NCBI GenBank assembly: GCA_964543935.1
Contig: CAZJAK010000001.1
Coordinates: 3,912 to 67,911, forward strand
Length of the DNA stretch: 64,000 nucleotides
Origin: an uncultured Spirochaetaceae bacterium
Lineage (GTDB): Bacteria; Spirochaetota; Spirochaetia; Sphaerochaetales; Sphaerochaetaceae
Direction: 5' to 3'
Within the stretch, counting starts at the first letter, position 1. The number at the start of each line of letters is the position of its first letter. The notes under the pieces were generated by a model that worked only from the letters and a program-made list of their open reading frames with translations, had not been told where the DNA came from and did no database searches. Below are positions 8,987-20,865 of the stretch, piece after piece. A program made the translations under genes and the position numbers.

Positions 8987-10370
8987 TCCATCGTTTCTTG
9001 ACGAAGCGGTTCACATTGAGCACTCCCCGCACGATCAAGTCGGCCACCATGCAGGCCCAGGCTGCTTGCAAGCCCAAGTTGAACACTTTGAGCAAGACAA
9101 AGGCGGGCACGATGCGGATCAGCCACATGCCGATCAATGAATAGATGAACGGCCAGCGGGTGTCTCCGGCTCCGCGCAGGATCCCGGTGCCAACAATGGC
9201 AAGGGCGAAGAACGGTTCGGCAAAGGCTTCGATGCGCAACACCTGCGCTCCCAAGGCGACGACTGCCGCATCGGGTGTAAAAAAGCTCATCAAAGGCCGG
9301 GCGAAGAGGAACATGAGGCTGCCGGTGAAGGTCATCAGCAGGACGCCGAAGGTGAGGCATCGCCGGGCGAACGAGAGGGCTTGCTCCTCTCGACGGGCTC
9401 CCAGCGATTGGGCCACCAGCGTGGTGGCGGCTATCGAAAATCCGCTGACCGGCAGGTACGTGATCGATTCGGCCACGATAGCCAAATGGTGGGCAGCCAA
9501 GGCTGTAGTCCCGATACCGGTGACCAAGACGGTCAGCGTCACCTGTCCCAACGAGATGGTGGCCCGTTCCATCGCCAAGGGTACGGCCAGTTTCGTCACG
9601 CTGCGCCAGATGTCGGCTTGAGGTCGCCACGGTGCACCGGTGAAGACCCGGATGGAGGCTTTCCTGGTAAAGAGAACGAACAAGAGGATCGAACCGGCCA
9701 GCACGTTGGACAGGGCTGTCGAGATGGCCGCTCCGCTTACCCCCAGTGCGGCTCCCCACACGGTGAATCCATGGCCGTTGACGGTAATCTCCCGGGTGGG
9801 AAAAATCAAGAGGAAATTGCCGATGACGTTGGCGATGTTGGCAGTGATATTGGCGATCATCGGCGATTTTGTGTCGCCGGCGCTTCGCAGGAGATTGGCG
9901 ATGAACATGAAGGCGATGGTGAACGGAAACGAAAGCGCAATGTAGCGCATGTAGGAAACCGCATCGGGAACCACTTGGGGTTCCACCCCGATCCAATGGG
10001 GCAAACGACTTCCGATGATGAGCATCAAAGACAGCACGGCCAAGCCGAATGCAGCGATGGCCACGAGCGCTTGATGGACGATCCGGTCGACATCGGCTTG
10101 CTTTCCAGCACCGATGTTGCGTCCTGCCAGCACGGCGAAGGAGGCCCCGAAAGCGTACATGATCCCGTTCACCAACCAGATGGTCGAGGTGTTGGCCGCG
10201 ACCGCGGCGGTAGCATAAGCTCCGAGCGAACCGAGCATGGCCGAGTCGACATATTGCACCGCTGTCTGGAAGAGTTGGTCGACAATGGCCGGCCAGGCCA
10301 GCATCCAGATGACGGCCGACGGGCGGCGGGTACTGTCCAACAGGAAGTTGTTCTGGTGAGTTTGGTTCAT
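8967..10370 (-). CDS. MATE-family efflux transporter
   Basis: 467 aa with 12 predicted TM helices. The N-terminus WPAIVDQLFQTAVQYVDSAMLG is typical of MATE/NorM proteins. Confidence 0.88.
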   Translation of the reverse strand: MNQTHQNNFLLDSTRRPSAVIWMLAWPAIVDQLFQTAVQYVDSAMLGSLGAYATAAVAANTSTIWLVNGIMYAFGASFAVLAGRNIGAGKQADVDRIVHQALVAIAAFGLAVLSLMLIIGSRLPHWIGVEPQVVPDAVSYMRYIALSFPFTIAFMFIANLLRSAGDTKSPMIANITANIANVIGNFLLIFPTREITVNGHGFTVWGAALGVSGAAISTALSNVLAGSILLFVLFTRKASIRVFTGAPWRPQADIWRSVTKLAVPLAMERATISLGQVTLTVLVTGIGTTALAAHHLAIVAESITYLPVSGFSIAATTLVAQSLGARREEQALSFARRCLTFGVLLMTFTGSLMFLFARPLMSFFTPDAAVVALGAQVLRIEAFAEPFFALAIVGTGILRGAGDTRWPFIYSLIGMWLIRIVPAFVLLKVFNLGLQAAWACMVADLIVRGVLNVNRFVKKRWIRAWKD

Positions 10371-10397
10371 GGCGGGATTGCTGTCCTTGAAGTAAAC

Positions 10398-10418
10398 AGG
10401 GCGGCTTCAAGCCGCCCT
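10398..10418 (-). terminator. Hairpin downstream of pta (probable intrinsic terminator)
   Basis: AGGGCGGC (10398-10405) and GCCGCCCT (10411-10418) are perfect complements with a 5-nt loop. On the minus strand the hairpin is followed by GTTTACTTC. It lies 24 nt after the pta stop. Confidence 0.5.
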
Positions 10419-10441
10419 CTGGATGCGTTCCTAGGCAGGCT

Positions 10442-11440
10442 TCACGCGCCTGCTTGAGCCAAGGTGATGGCGGCTGTGACGACGATGTCTTCTACCGAAC
10501 ACCCGCGCGACAAGTCGCTGACCGGACGGGCGAATCCTTGCAGGATGGGGCCGTATGCTTCGGCTCCCGCCAACCGTTGCACCAGCTTATAACCGATGTT
10601 GCCGGCTTGCAGGTCGGGGAACACCAAGACATTGGCCCGACCGGCAACCGTGGAGCCGGGAGCCTTGCTCTTGCCGACCGACGGGACGATGGCGGCATCG
10701 AGTTGCAACTCTCCGTCACATTGTATGTCCGGCCTTTTGGCCTTGAGCAATTGATAGGCGGTGGTGACTTTGTCAACCAAAGGCCCTTTGGCTGAACCCT
10801 TGGTGGAATACGAGAGTAGGGCGACGATCGGCTCCACCCCGAGATAGATGCGGCAGGACTCGGCGGCCTCTTCGGCGATCTCGGCCAATTGCTCGGCGGT
10901 CGGTTCGGGGATGGTGGCGCAGTCGGCGAATATGAAACTACCCGAAGCGCCGTACTGGCCCTTGTCCGTGGCCATGACGAAGCATGAGGAGGCGCTCTTG
11001 ATACCTGGCTTGGTCTTGATGATGTTGAAGGAGGCCAACAGGACATTGCCGGTGGTGTTCTCGGCACCAGCGACCATGGCATGGGCCGCTTGCGTGCGGA
11101 CCATCATCGCTCCCCAGCGCAACGGGCTGACGATTCCGTCAAAAGCCTCTTGGGGTGTCATGCCTTTGTGCTTGCGCAACTCGTAGTATTCATCTGCATA
11201 CGCTTTGCGCAGCGAAGATTGTTCGGGGTCCACCACCAAGATGCCGTCGAGCGAGACATGTTGGGCTGCGGCTACCGCAGCCACTGCCTCTGGCTTTCCC
11301 AGCAACGTGACGGCGCTGGCGATGTTCTGGTCAATGATCAAGCGGGCGGCTGCAACCGTCCGGCTTTCTGTTCCTTCCGGAAGGACAAGGGCTTTCTTGA
11401 GGGCCCTTGCTTTGGCTTTCATGGTTTCTGCGAATGTCAT
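10442..11440 (-). CDS. pta: Phosphate acetyltransferase
   Basis: MTFAETMKAKARALKKALVLPEGTESRTVAAA is a classic Pta N-terminus, and there is full-length PTA_PTB-like similarity. The start is chosen at the internal Met (11440). Confidence 0.9.
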   Translation of the reverse strand: MTFAETMKAKARALKKALVLPEGTESRTVAAARLIIDQNIASAVTLLGKPEAVAAVAAAQHVSLDGILVVDPEQSSLRKAYADEYYELRKHKGMTPQEAFDGIVSPLRWGAMMVRTQAAHAMVAGAENTTGNVLLASFNIIKTKPGIKSASSCFVMATDKGQYGASGSFIFADCATIPEPTAEQLAEIAEEAAESCRIYLGVEPIVALLSYSTKGSAKGPLVDKVTTAYQLLKAKRPDIQCDGELQLDAAIVPSVGKSKAPGSTVAGRANVLVFPDLQAGNIGYKLVQRLAGAEAYGPILQGFARPVSDLSRGCSVEDIVVTAAITLAQAGA

Positions 11441-11577
11441 AGATGCTCCTTGGAGAGATGCAATCGGTGTCTTCCACCACCTGCTACGATAGCACATCGG
11501 GCCATGCGGGAAAAGCGTTCCACAGTATCCATGCGCTCGATGTTCATGCTATCATCCACAATCGTCGGAGCCGAGGG

Positions 11578-12747
11578 ATGGTCAAGAGTATCATTTTCGC
11601 CGCACTGGTCCCGTTCTCACTCGTTGGTACGGTCTTCGGACCGCTCGGCAGCGACATCATCGCCACGATGGGCATGACGGTCGCCGACCTCGGCAGGATG
11701 ATCAGCATCTCCCAAAGCGGTGTTTTCGTAGCATTCTTTTTGCAACCGCTTTTATTCAGATACCTGAAAGCGCTTGGCGTGCTGAAATTCAGCCTTGCTG
11801 CCTACGCTGTGGCTTTGGCTTGCATCGCGTACTCCAGCGACCGCACTATGTTGACCGCCTCCTATACGTTTCTGAGTTTTTCCTCGTATTTATTCTCCAA
11901 TGCCACATTCGTCGTACTGAACACCACCTATCCCGAACAACGCTCGGCAAACATTCCGTTGACCCACTTGGTGTACAGCATCTCCTCGATTGCTGCAGCC
12001 TGGTCGGTCTCTTGGTTCAAAGGCCCGCATTGGCAACGAGTCTATGTGTATGCTTCGGTTGCGTTCATGCTGTTGGCAATCTTCTCAGTGGTCGGCAAAT
12101 CACGACGCGAGCCGGCTAGGACGAGCGTCTCGAAAGGGACCAAGACGCTGAAGCACTTGATCACCCGCCAGGAATTTGTGGTGTTTTGCCTGCTGATGAC
12201 CGTGTATCTCGGCAGTGAAGGAAGTGTGGCCACCTTCTCTCCGATGTTGTTCGATTTCGTGTTGCACAGCAGTCCGGCCCAGACTGCTGCGGCGGTGATG
12301 GTCTTCTGGATCGGCATGACCGTCTCGCGGGCTGCCATCGTGCCGATGCTCAAGAAAGCGAAGGTGAGCCCGCATCTGTTCATGGCAGCATTGGTGCTGG
12401 CCTGCAGCGGTTCGGTGTGGTTGCTCAGCTCGGCGATGACCAATCGTTCGGCCAACTTGGCCATGCTGGCGACCGGTTTGTGCATCGGGCCGATCAATCC
12501 GTTGTTGCAGTTGATCATGGCTGAGTGGTACCCCGATTGGTTGGCCTTCATGTCCAATGTCAACCTGATGTGTTCCGTCATCGGACGGATGACCATTCCG
12601 GTGGTGGTGACAGCGCTCGCAGAACGAACCTCCATGCAGGGTGGGCTGAGAGTCGTGGTGCTCTTCCTTTTGGTTTCCATCATGCTTCTTATCGGAGCGG
12701 TCTCCTTACGCCGGCGCCAATTGAGGAGCGACGGCCAAACATGCTAG
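11578..12747 (+). CDS. MFS transporter
   Basis: Polytopic ORF. The start is placed at MVKSIIFAALVP (11578), since the upstream part of the track ORF is non-hydrophobic and overlaps pta. Confidence 0.72.
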   Translation: MVKSIIFAALVPFSLVGTVFGPLGSDIIATMGMTVADLGRMISISQSGVFVAFFLQPLLFRYLKALGVLKFSLAAYAVALACIAYSSDRTMLTASYTFLSFSSYLFSNATFVVLNTTYPEQRSANIPLTHLVYSISSIAAAWSVSWFKGPHWQRVYVYASVAFMLLAIFSVVGKSRREPARTSVSKGTKTLKHLITRQEFVVFCLLMTVYLGSEGSVATFSPMLFDFVLHSSPAQTAAAVMVFWIGMTVSRAAIVPMLKKAKVSPHLFMAALVLACSGSVWLLSSAMTNRSANLAMLATGLCIGPINPLLQLIMAEWYPDWLAFMSNVNLMCSVIGRMTIPVVVTALAERTSMQGGLRVVVLFLLVSIMLLIGAVSLRRRQLRSDGQTC

Positions 12748-12756
12748 GATGGGCCC

Positions 12757-13506
12757 ATGAAAGTTGGAATTTACGGTTTGGGGCGCTTCGGATCCTTTTG
12801 GGCTAAGGCGCTCTCATCGAATTGCGAGGTGGTGGCATACAACCGCACTGCCGGTAAAGACATTCCTGATGGGGTGGCCAAGGCGTCTCTTGACGAGTTG
12901 ACCGGATGCGACACGATTTTCTTGTGTGTGGCCATCTCCTCGTTTAAAGATGTCGTCAAGCAATTGGCGCCCCGTTTGAAGCCTGGCACGTTGGTGATGG
13001 ACACGTGCTCGGTCAAAACCTATCCTGCAGCGGTCATGACCGAGTGCCTGCCTCCAGGCATCTCCCTCATCGCCACCCATCCGATGTTCGGCCCCGATTC
13101 GGGCAAGGATGGTCTGAAGGGACTGCCGTTCGTGTTCTGCCCATTGCGGTGCGACAGTGCCAGAGCCGATCGTTGGCGCTCGATGCTCAGTGGCATGGGG
13201 TTGAAGGTTTTGGAGATGGATTGCGAACGGCATGACCGCGAGGCCGCCTATTCGCAAGGAGTGACCCACTTCGTTGGACGGGTGTTGGACGAACTGCACC
13301 TCAAACCGACTGAGTTGGCCACCGTAGGCTATAAGCGATTGATGTCGATAGTCGAACAGACCTGCAACGACCCGTTGCAGCTGTTTTATGACTTGCAACG
13401 CTACAATCCCTATGCACACAGCATGCACGTCGAGCTGAAACGAGCCCTCGAGACCGTCATACTGGCTTTGGACAGGCAAGATGCCGCCGGGTGGAAGCAG
13501 CCATGA
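12757..13506 (+). CDS. Prephenate (or arogenate) dehydrogenase, TyrA family
   Basis: MKVGIYGLGRFGSFWAKAL is a Rossmann GxGxxG. The conserved HPMFGP motif is also present. Confidence 0.8.
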   Translation: MKVGIYGLGRFGSFWAKALSSNCEVVAYNRTAGKDIPDGVAKASLDELTGCDTIFLCVAISSFKDVVKQLAPRLKPGTLVMDTCSVKTYPAAVMTECLPPGISLIATHPMFGPDSGKDGLKGLPFVFCPLRCDSARADRWRSMLSGMGLKVLEMDCERHDREAAYSQGVTHFVGRVLDELHLKPTELATVGYKRLMSIVEQTCNDPLQLFYDLQRYNPYAHSMHVELKRALETVILALDRQDAAGWKQP

Positions 13507-14846
13507 CCGTTTCCGTCTATACCTTGGGATGCAAGCTCAATCAATGTGAAAGCGAGGCGATCGCCGATGCGTTCGCCGCAGAGGGTTTTTCTGTCGTCGC
13601 TGGCGATGCACTGGCCGATCTCTATATCGTGAATACATGCACGGTCACCAGCAAGGCGGAACAAAAAGCCCGCCGGATGATCCGCAAGTACGCCACGGAG
13701 GGACAACGCCCAACGGTGGTGGTCACCGGGTGTTATGCCCAAATGGAGCGAAGCGCCATCGAAGCGTTGGCCGAGCGGGTGGTGGTAGTATCGTTGGACC
13801 GCAAGAGCTCTTTGTTGGGCTTGCCCGCCTTCCTCGGGACACGTCTGGTGGCGGGTATCGACGTGCTCGAAGCGGTGCGATCGTATGCCGCACAGCACGA
13901 GTCGGGTGGTGAGCGCGATGCCTTCGCTTACGATGCGGCCACCTTCTCGTACCATAGCCGGGCTTTCTTGAAAATTCAGGACGGGTGCGACAACACCTGC
14001 GCCTACTGCCGCGTAACGTTGGCCCGTGGCGCCGCGGTGAGCCTGGCAGCCGATGAAGTCGTGCAACGCGCGCTGGCCTTGGAGGCCCAAGGCTACCCCG
14101 AGATTGTTCTGACCGGGGTGAACATCACTGCCTACCATGCTGCGGGAATCGGGTTGGGAGCACTGCTGCAACGTTTGTGTGTTGCCATGGGGCCTACGAT
14201 GCGCTTGCGTCTCTCCTCGCTAGAACCCGACCGGTTGGACGACGAGTTGTTGGCGGCAGTCGCCGATTCCAGGATCCAACCTCATTTCCACATCCCGGTG
14301 CAATCGGCCTCGGATGTCGTGTTGGATCGCTGCAACCGCCATTATACGGCGGCAATGCTGGCTGAAGCCATCGCGCACGTGCGCCGTGTTAAGAACGATC
14401 CATTCATCGCCGCCGACATCATCACCGGCTTGCCGGGTGAGACCGACCTTGAATTCGAGCAGACCTTCGATTTCATCAAGCAACACGATATCGCTCAATT
14501 GCATGTGTTCCCGTATTCCCCGCGTCCCGGCACGGCCATGTTCCACGCAATCGACCGGGTCCCCGAATCGGTTCGCGATGCCAGGGCACAACGGTTGCGC
14601 AACCTGTCGGCCGTGCAGACTCAGCGGTATGTCCAGCGGCAGATCGGCACGACTTGCGAAGTCATGTTGGAAGAGCATTCGGGCGGGCAATGGTTTGGAC
14701 TGACAGGCAACTACCTTCGTGTCCGTTGTCTGGGAGTGCCGCCCGCTGCTGTCAGCGGCATGCGGGCGACGGTGACGCTTGAAGAAGGTGGTCCGCGCTC
14801 GGTACCGTTCGTACGCTGGCCGTCGTTGCCGCTTGTCAGGTCATGA
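13503..14846 (+). CDS. mtaB: tRNA threonylcarbamoyladenosine methylthiotransferase (MiaB-like radical SAM MTTase)
   Basis: MTVSVYTLGCKLNQCESE is the N-terminal MTTase Cys motif. CDNTCAYC is a radical-SAM CxxxCxxC, and there is a TRAM-like C-terminus. The ATG at 13503 overlaps the upstream TGA (ATGA). Confidence 0.85.
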   Translation: MTVSVYTLGCKLNQCESEAIADAFAAEGFSVVAGDALADLYIVNTCTVTSKAEQKARRMIRKYATEGQRPTVVVTGCYAQMERSAIEALAERVVVVSLDRKSSLLGLPAFLGTRLVAGIDVLEAVRSYAAQHESGGERDAFAYDAATFSYHSRAFLKIQDGCDNTCAYCRVTLARGAAVSLAADEVVQRALALEAQGYPEIVLTGVNITAYHAAGIGLGALLQRLCVAMGPTMRLRLSSLEPDRLDDELLAAVADSRIQPHFHIPVQSASDVVLDRCNRHYTAAMLAEAIAHVRRVKNDPFIAADIITGLPGETDLEFEQTFDFIKQHDIAQLHVFPYSPRPGTAMFHAIDRVPESVRDARAQRLRNLSAVQTQRYVQRQIGTTCEVMLEEHSGGQWFGLTGNYLRVRCLGVPPAAVSGMRATVTLEEGGPRSVPFVRWPSLPLVRS

Positions 14847-14876
14847 AATGGGGTCTATGCTGGTGGTGGAGGCTCT

Positions 14877-15596
14877 ATGGACGTGAATCCCGTCAGGTTG
14901 GAACTGCGCTGTTCGCTGGAGAACGACTTCATCAGGGCGATCACAGCCGGGAACCGGACCAAAGTCGAGGAACTGATCGCCTATCGCCTCACCATGTTCC
15001 CCAACCCCGAATGTCCTATGGCGACCTCGGCCAGCGATAAACTGCGCTCGTGCAAGAACGCGTTGATAGGGTTCGATGCGTTATGCCGGCAGGCAGCCCA
15101 TCAGGCAGGGGTGCCGCCATTGGCGCTGCAATCGCTCTCTGTCAAATTCATGGGGATGATCGAGGATGCCACTTCGGTCCAGTTCCTCCATGAGCGCTTG
15201 TTCGCGCAGATGGTGATCGAATACGTCGACATCGTCTTGGCGATGTCGGTCAAAGCCTACGGGACCGCTGTCCAACAGGCGATCGTCTATATCTGTTGCC
15301 ATATCGGGCAAGAGTTGTCTCTCAACGATGTCGCCTTGGTGTGCCACATGAACGGAGCCCATCTGTCCCGCCAATTCAAACGGGAAACGGGCATGACGAT
15401 GACAACCTACATCAATCGCCAACGGATTGCTTTGGCCAAGACGTGGCTCGAGTCGGGTAAAAGCAGCTTGGCCGAGGTCGCCGAACGGGTCGGGTTCGCC
15501 AACGCCGATTACTTCGGCAAGGTGTTCAAACGGGAGACCGGCCAGGCCCCTTCCGAGTACCTGCGCCATGTGCATCAACGCAAAACCTGCGACTGA
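14877..15596 (+). CDS. AraC-family transcriptional regulator
   Basis: C-terminal double HTH: LSLNDVALVCHMNGAHLSRQFKRETG ... LAEVAERVGFANADYFGKVFKRETGQAPSEY. Confidence 0.8.
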   Translation: MDVNPVRLELRCSLENDFIRAITAGNRTKVEELIAYRLTMFPNPECPMATSASDKLRSCKNALIGFDALCRQAAHQAGVPPLALQSLSVKFMGMIEDATSVQFLHERLFAQMVIEYVDIVLAMSVKAYGTAVQQAIVYICCHIGQELSLNDVALVCHMNGAHLSRQFKRETGMTMTTYINRQRIALAKTWLESGKSSLAEVAERVGFANADYFGKVFKRETGQAPSEYLRHVHQRKTCD

Positions 15597-15608
15597 GGGC
15601 AGGTCCCC

Positions 15609-16559
15609 TTACGGATTGAGCGGAGGACACTGCGCTGGTTGCGGCTTTTGCTTGATTTGCCGCAAGACAATCTTGGGATCCTCCATTTGCACCAAGGTGT
15701 TGGCCGGTATGCTCTCTTTGATCCACACATTCGAACCGATGGTGGTGTTGTGGCCGATGACGATGTCTCCCAACAATGTGGCGTTGGCATAAACGGTCAC
15801 GTTGTCTTCCAAAGTAGGGTGCCGCTTGGTGCCGCGGATGAGCGCACCGCAGGCATCCTTGGGGAAACTCAATGCGCCGAGGGTCACCCCTTGGTAGATT
15901 TTCACTTGATTGCCGATCACCGAGGTCTCCCCGATGACCACTCCGGTACCGTGGTCGATGAACAAGCACCGCCCGATTTTCGCTCCGGGGTGAATGTCGA
16001 TGCCGGTCTGTTTATGGACCGTCTCGCTGAGCATCCTTGGTACTAGCGGCACATGTTCGCCATGAAGGAAATGGGCGATGCGGTGGATGGTCAACGCCCG
16101 CAGGCCGGGATAGCAGATGAGGATCTCGCGAACCGATTTGGCAGCGGGGTCTCCTTCCAAGGCCGCCCTGGCATCCTCCTTCATCATCGCCCGCAGTGAG
16201 GGCAATGCATCGAGCAGGCGCATGACAGTCTCTTTGGCGAGCTTGAGGTAGGGCTCTTGTTCACTATCGGGCAGGCCGAGCGAATCTTCATGGTACCAGG
16301 CCAAGAACATCTGGCGTTCCAATCGTCGGGACACCTTTTCCATCGATTCACAGATGATGGAACGAACCGTCGTCTCGTCGTTCATCGGACGGCCCCCACG
16401 GCCGGGGAACAGCAGTTCCAACACCTCTTCGACCACGGTCTCGATCTCGGTCATGGACGGACTTGGCCTGAAGCCGATGAAATTGGTTTGACTGTAGCGG
16501 TCGAAACTCCTGAGATAGGAATCGATGAACGGTTCGATGGATGAAGACGTCTCGTGCAT
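15609..16559 (-). CDS. cysE: Serine O-acetyltransferase (long-form)
   Basis: Left-handed beta-helix hexapeptide repeats (IHPGAKIGRCLFIDHGTGVVIGETSVIGNQVKIYQGVTLGA). The start is set at MHETSSS (16559), which is preceded by AAGGAG 7-12 nt upstream. Confidence 0.85.
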   Translation of the reverse strand: MHETSSSIEPFIDSYLRSFDRYSQTNFIGFRPSPSMTEIETVVEEVLELLFPGRGGRPMNDETTVRSIICESMEKVSRRLERQMFLAWYHEDSLGLPDSEQEPYLKLAKETVMRLLDALPSLRAMMKEDARAALEGDPAAKSVREILICYPGLRALTIHRIAHFLHGEHVPLVPRMLSETVHKQTGIDIHPGAKIGRCLFIDHGTGVVIGETSVIGNQVKIYQGVTLGALSFPKDACGALIRGTKRHPTLEDNVTVYANATLLGDIVIGHNTTIGSNVWIKESIPANTLVQMEDPKIVLRQIKQKPQPAQCPPLNP

Positions 16560-16713
16560 GCCTGCAATCTCCTTCATGGTAGTGCAACAGTACACCCATG
16601 CCCACATTTGGACAATATGTCGGGGATGCGTGCGCCCCCTTGAAGAGGTCCCGGTCATTCCGTATAGTAGGACAAGCATGCGGCGACATGGTCCGCCTGC
16701 CGGGAGAATGGCG

Positions 16714-18483
16714 ATGCTCAATACGATTCGGATGCAATGGAAGTCTTTGGTGGAGCGGGAGCTGCACTCGTATGCCCAAGAGGTCGGCTTGGATCTGGCT
16801 TTGGTCGATGCAACGCCGGTCGTTGTGCAAAAACCACCCAAACCGGAACTCGGGGACCTTGCTTTTCCTTTGTTTGCCTTCGCAAAAGCCTTCCGGATGG
16901 CTCCGCCAGCTTTGGTGGCCGCTCTGAAGTCGCGCTGCGAGCGGCAAGCCGATGCTCCCAGCGGAGCCCTGTTGGCGGCCGGGCCTTACCTCAATGTCCG
17001 CATCGATACCTCCAGCTTGGCTGAGAAGGTGGCCCGTTGTGTCGCCGAGGAGGGCTCGCGCTATGGGCATGGTAGTGCATTGGCAGGCAAGCGCATGATG
17101 GTCGAATTCTCCTGCCCGAACACCAACAAACCATTGCATCTCGGCCACTTGCGCAACGATGCCATCGGCCAAAGCGTTGCCGCCATCCTCAAGGCCAATG
17201 GGGCCACGGTGCGTAAAGTGAACTTGATCAACAACCGTGGTGTCCATATCTGCAAGTCGATGCTGGCCTATATGAAATTTGGCCATGGCGAGACGCCCGA
17301 GCAAGCCGGCATCAAAGGCGACCACTTGGTGGGCAAGTATTATGTCCGCTTCGCCCAGTGGGAGAAAGAGGACCCGACCGCGTTGGAGCAAGCCCAAGCC
17401 ATGCTCAAACGTTGGGAGGAGGGCGACAGCGAGGTGCTTGAGTTGTGGCGCAGGATGAACGGCTGGACACTGGACGGCATCTCCGAGACGTATGCGAAAA
17501 CCGGTATCTCTTTCGACCAGTATTATTATGAGAGCGACACCTACAAGCTTGGCAAGGACAAGGTCCTCGCTGGACTTGAGGCGGGAGTGTTTTATCGCGA
17601 GGACGATGGAAGCATCTGGATCGATTTGGCCGATATCGGACTCGACAAGAAGGTGTTGTTGCGCAAGGACGGGACTTCGCTGTACCTGACCCAAGATATC
17701 GGCACGGCCATCGCCCGTCACAAGGATTGGCCGTTCGACTCGCTCATCTATGTCGTGGCCAGCGAGCAAGCCTACCATTTTAAAGTCCTCTTCCATGTAC
17801 TGTCGCGATTGGGCTACCCATGGGCCGAGGACTTGCATCACCTCTCCTACGGAATGGTGAACCTGCCCGAGGGAAAGATGAAGTCGCGCGAAGGGACCGT
17901 CGTGGATGCCGACGACCTGATCGAGGAGCTGACCGGCATGGCCGCCAATGAGATCAAGGACAAGGAACGCGAAGAGGCCGTCGAGGATGTCGGGGCGACC
18001 AGTTCCGCCATCGCTTTAGGAGCGTTGAATTATTATTTGCTGCAGGTGAATCCCTTGAAAGACATGGTGTTCAATCCGGCCGAATCGTTGTCGTTCACCG
18101 GCAATACCGGTCCGTACATGCAGTACATGGGAGCCCGCATCAGCAGCATGCTGCGCAAGTACGAGACCAGCGGGTCTGCGGTAGCTGCGGTGCCGTTCGA
18201 TGGCAGTGCCCTCGAATTACCCGAGGAACGGGAGTTGGTCAAACTCATCGCGGGCTTTTCTGAGACGGTGGCCCAAGCCGCTACCGATGTGGATCCCTCT
18301 TTGATAGGCGCTTACTTGTACGAATTGTCGCGCTCATTCTCGAAGTACTATCATGATCATCCCATCCTTAAAGCACCGTCCGACCGGTTGGTGAAAGCTC
18401 GTCTCACCCTTTCTTCGATGGTGCTGCAAGTCCTGAAAAATGCCTTCGAACTGCTTGGAATTCCTTTCCTAGAGACGATGTGA
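16714..18483 (+). CDS. argS: Arginine--tRNA ligase
   Basis: FSCPNTNKPLHLGHLRN (HIGH region), a GKMKSREG (KMSKS-like) segment and a DALR anticodon-binding C-terminus. The start is at 16714 (GGGAGA 6 nt upstream) or 16708. Confidence 0.9.
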   Translation: MLNTIRMQWKSLVERELHSYAQEVGLDLALVDATPVVVQKPPKPELGDLAFPLFAFAKAFRMAPPALVAALKSRCERQADAPSGALLAAGPYLNVRIDTSSLAEKVARCVAEEGSRYGHGSALAGKRMMVEFSCPNTNKPLHLGHLRNDAIGQSVAAILKANGATVRKVNLINNRGVHICKSMLAYMKFGHGETPEQAGIKGDHLVGKYYVRFAQWEKEDPTALEQAQAMLKRWEEGDSEVLELWRRMNGWTLDGISETYAKTGISFDQYYYESDTYKLGKDKVLAGLEAGVFYREDDGSIWIDLADIGLDKKVLLRKDGTSLYLTQDIGTAIARHKDWPFDSLIYVVASEQAYHFKVLFHVLSRLGYPWAEDLHHLSYGMVNLPEGKMKSREGTVVDADDLIEELTGMAANEIKDKEREEAVEDVGATSSAIALGALNYYLLQVNPLKDMVFNPAESLSFTGNTGPYMQYMGARISSMLRKYETSGSAVAAVPFDGSALELPEERELVKLIAGFSETVAQAATDVDPSLIGAYLYELSRSFSKYYHDHPILKAPSDRLVKARLTLSSMVLQVLKNAFELLGIPFLETM

Positions 18484-18586
18484 GAAGAATCGGAATGGCC
18501 AATAGGGTCTTCGGTCGAGGGTATTGCCAATATCGGGTGGTTGTGGTATAAGGAACCCTGCATATTTTTATAAGGATGTGATGGAC

Positions 18587-18898
18587 ATGTACGCATTGGT
18601 AGAAATTCTCGGAAAGCAGTACAAGGCCGAAGAAGGTTCGTTGCTGCTCGTCGACAAAATCGACATGGAAGCCGGCAAAACGCTGGAATTCGATACTGTG
18701 GTTGCAGTTGCCGACGGAGAGAATTCCGTGTTCGGCAAACCCTATGTCGAAGGGGCAAAAGTGGTCGCGACCCTGGGCGAAGTCGTCAAGGGTGAGAAAG
18801 TGAAGATCTTCAAGTATCACCGCAGAAAGGGATACAAGAGGACTCAGGGTCACCGTCAACAGTATTCGGTACTCACCGTCACCGCGATCAAAGCGTAA
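18587..18898 (+). CDS. rplU: 50S ribosomal protein L21
   Basis: MYALVEILGKQYKAEEGS...KVKIFKYHRRKGYKRTQGHRQ is a canonical L21. AAGGA lies upstream. Confidence 0.95.
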   Translation: MYALVEILGKQYKAEEGSLLLVDKIDMEAGKTLEFDTVVAVADGENSVFGKPYVEGAKVVATLGEVVKGEKVKIFKYHRRKGYKRTQGHRQQYSVLTVTAIKA

Positions 18899-18910
18899 GG
18901 AGAAACCACA

Positions 18911-19162
18911 ATGGCACATAAGAAAGGTGGCGGAAGCTCAAGAAACGGGCGCGATTCCAATTCACAACGTTTGGGCGTGAAGCGTTTCGGGGGACAGCAG
19001 GTGAAAGCCGGTGAAATCATCGTGCGTCAGCACGGGACCAAGTTCCATCCTGGCGAAAACGTCGGATGCGGCAGAGATTTCACCTTGTTCGCCAAGGTTG
19101 CCGGTGCGGTTGATTTCCACAAGAGGAACAATCGCCAGTACGTCCGCATCGTTGCGCTGTAG
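18911..19162 (+). CDS. rpmA: 50S ribosomal protein L27
   Basis: [29 protein letters not shown] is a canonical L27 N-terminus. There is no Prp-cleaved extension. Confidence 0.95.
   Translation: MAHKKGGGSSRNGRDSNSQRLGVKRFGGQQVKAGEIIVRQHGTKFHPGENVGCGRDFTLFAKVAGAVDFHKRNNRQYVRIVAL

Positions 19163-20845
<1,683 letters not shown>

Positions 20846-20865
<20 letters not shown>

Noticed and set aside
8851-10410. 519-aa minus-strand ORF
   Set aside because: This is an alternative frame of the MATE transporter gene. It is extremely Arg/His/Pro-rich, and the MATE frame has clear family features.
16560-16713. T-box leaders upstream of argS (and of gltX at 37129-37278)
   Set aside because: Both leaders are about 150 nt and are shared with divergent genes. 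That is too short for a T-box. I could not find the conserved T-box sequence (AAnnGGGUGGUACCGCG-like) or a terminator/antiterminator pair.
16348-17841. 497-aa minus-strand ORF
   Set aside because: It is antisense to argS, whose identity is unambiguous. Long antisense ORFs are expected at this GC content.
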